Source of the DNA: Chloroflexi bacterium RBG_16_56_11 | Lineage (GTDB): Bacteria; Chloroflexota; Dehalococcoidia; Dehalococcoidales; RBG-16-60-22 | DNA length: 64,000 nucleotides | Reading direction: 5' to 3' | Assembly: GCA_001796865.1 (NCBI GenBank) | Contig: MGNQ01000051.1 | Location: 65,126 to 129,125, forward strand | Part shown: piece after piece, positions 63,041 to 64,000 of the stretch | Layout: the number at the start of each line of letters is the position of its first letter | Numbering within the stretch: the first letter of the stretch is position 1 | Notes under the pieces: model-generated | The model's database searches: none | What the model was told of the DNA's origin: nothing | The model's input: only the letters and a program-made list of their open reading frames with translations | Translations under genes and position numbers: made by a program

Positions 63041-63868
63041 CTAAGATGAAGGGTGCCAGGTTATCCGGGCGGGACGGCGCGCCGGGATACGGGGATAGCC
63101 GAATTTCGGATAACCCAGCATCATACAGCCGCCGACGGCACGGCCTTCAGGAAGGGACAGGGCCTCTTTCATGGGGGGGAAGCCGGTAGCCATGAAATAG
63201 ACGAAGCCCGCCCAACAGCAGCCCAGTCCCAGGCTATTGGCGGCGAGGTCGAAATAACTGAGGGTGATGGTGCTATCAATCAAGGACATGGGGCCGGAGG
63301 GGCCGTAGGCCACGACGAGAGCGGGCGCCCCCCGTAAAAAAGTGGTGGGGTCTTTTTCGTGGCGCTTGAGGAGCATCTCCATTTCCATGGCCATGGCCAT
63401 CTGGGGTTGGGTCTTGATTACCGAGCGCATCCAGTCGACCCCGATAGCCTCCAGGCGGCGTAAATCCTGACGGTCGTCCAGCACCAACCACTCGACTTCC
63501 TGCATGTTATGGCCGGTCGGGGCATAGCGGGCGGTGTCGACAAGCCGGATGATAGTCTCCCGCGGCACCGGTCTATCCTGGTATTCCCGGATGGAGCGTC
63601 GGCCTTTGATAAGCTGTTCGACCTGCTCCGGGGTCGCTTCCAACTTTTTCTGCAAGGGCGGGCAACTTTCCAGCGGTATCTCCCGGTGGGCCAGGCTGCC
63701 CGACGGGCAGACGGCCACGCAGTGCCCGCACCGCAGGCAGTAATTCTCGACCTGCGGTATGGGCCGGGGATAGCCGCCCTTCTTGAACAAAAAGAAACCG
63801 CCGGGGCAGGCGGCCGCACAAAGCCCGCATTGCGTACAGGTGTCCCGGTCAACGGTTATCAACTCCAT
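63041..63868 (-). CDS. Nitroreductase-family protein with N-terminal 2x[4Fe-4S] ferredoxin domain
   Basis: CTQCGLCAAACP and CLRCGHCVAVCP, then RRSIREYQDRPVP ... ARYAPTGHN (nitroreductase). I prefer the start at MELITVD (RBS AAAGGGAG). Confidence 0.8.
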   Translation of the reverse strand: MELITVDRDTCTQCGLCAAACPGGFFLFKKGGYPRPIPQVENYCLRCGHCVAVCPSGSLAHREIPLESCPPLQKKLEATPEQVEQLIKGRRSIREYQDRPVPRETIIRLVDTARYAPTGHNMQEVEWLVLDDRQDLRRLEAIGVDWMRSVIKTQPQMAMAMEMEMLLKRHEKDPTTFLRGAPALVVAYGPSGPMSLIDSTITLSYFDLAANSLGLGCCWAGFVYFMATGFPPMKEALSLPEGRAVGGCMMLGYPKFGYPRIPARRPARITWHPSS

Positions 63869-64000
63869 GCCCGCACTCCCTTTAAAATCGTTATTCATAC
63901 CTTTTCGTGGGACCGGCAATAAGCTGGAAGACCGGTATCCTGACATTCCGGATAACCAGAGGGCCGTGCTGAATCCCGGGGGGAATATAGGCGGCGAAGG

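Overview
This is a 64-kb chromosomal window from a GC-rich bacterium. My hand counts of sample 60-nt lines give 63-65% G+C in ordinary coding DNA. The gene content (Bcd/EtfAB, split methylmalonyl-CoA mutase, rubrerythrin, Fe-S nitroreductase, a core-MetE-like gene) and the style of the intergenic repeats suggest an uncultivated anaerobe, possibly Chloroflexota/Dehalococcoidia-like; that is inference only. I can support about 72 protein-coding genes and 2 gene remnants. I saw no rRNA, tRNA or CRISPR array by eye. The functional blocks, in order, are as follows. (1) 1-3.9 kb: SDR, thiolase, Hbd, crotonase. (2) 4-6.7 kb: TldD/PmbA. (3) 7-9 kb: PAC2 and two GNATs. (4) 9-14.6 kb: methionine salvage, with mtnA, mtnP and a core-MetE-like gene. 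(5) 14.8-19.2 kb: NTPase, kinase, GNAT and PHP genes. (6) 21-28.5 kb: acyl-CoA ligase, cca, secDF, CDF and LysE transporters. (7) 28.8-36.6 kb: a NurA ... HerA region. (8) 37-43 kb: plsC, ispH, Bcd-EtfB-Fd-EtfA. (9) 43.7-47.5 kb: purine salvage. (10) 48.5-51.3 kb: fabG, fabD, rpmF, yceD. (11) 52-54.8 kb: OsmC, ADH, aldolase. (12) 55-57.7 kb: a TIR fusion protein. (13) 58.3-63.9 kb: rubrerythrin and a nitroreductase-Fur-methylmalonyl-CoA mutase/epimerase operon. The most interesting observations are these. (a) A tightly packed five-gene cassette (stand-alone HAS-barrel-like protein, transglutaminase-like protease, HerA ATPase, patatin lipase, NIF3) sits 1.9 kb downstream of a NurA nuclease gene. 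It is bracketed by two identical 80-bp direct repeats and separated from nurA by an AT-rich insertion. I regard it as a candidate undescribed HerA-based system. (b) An 892-aa protein fuses an N-terminal TIR domain (catalytic-type Glu retained), a membrane block, a Pro/Thr linker and a family-5 solute-binding domain, with no ABC transporter genes nearby. (c) Two families of modular palindromic repeats fill almost every intergenic gap, including gaps inside operons. One inverted-repeat pair encloses a gutted DUF559 gene, and a cargo-less twin of that pair sits inside the bcd-etf operon. (d) Several near-consensus promoters sit 7-9 nt from start codons, suggesting leaderless mRNAs. All functional calls rest on my own motif and family recognition of the translated ORFs; no database search was possible.
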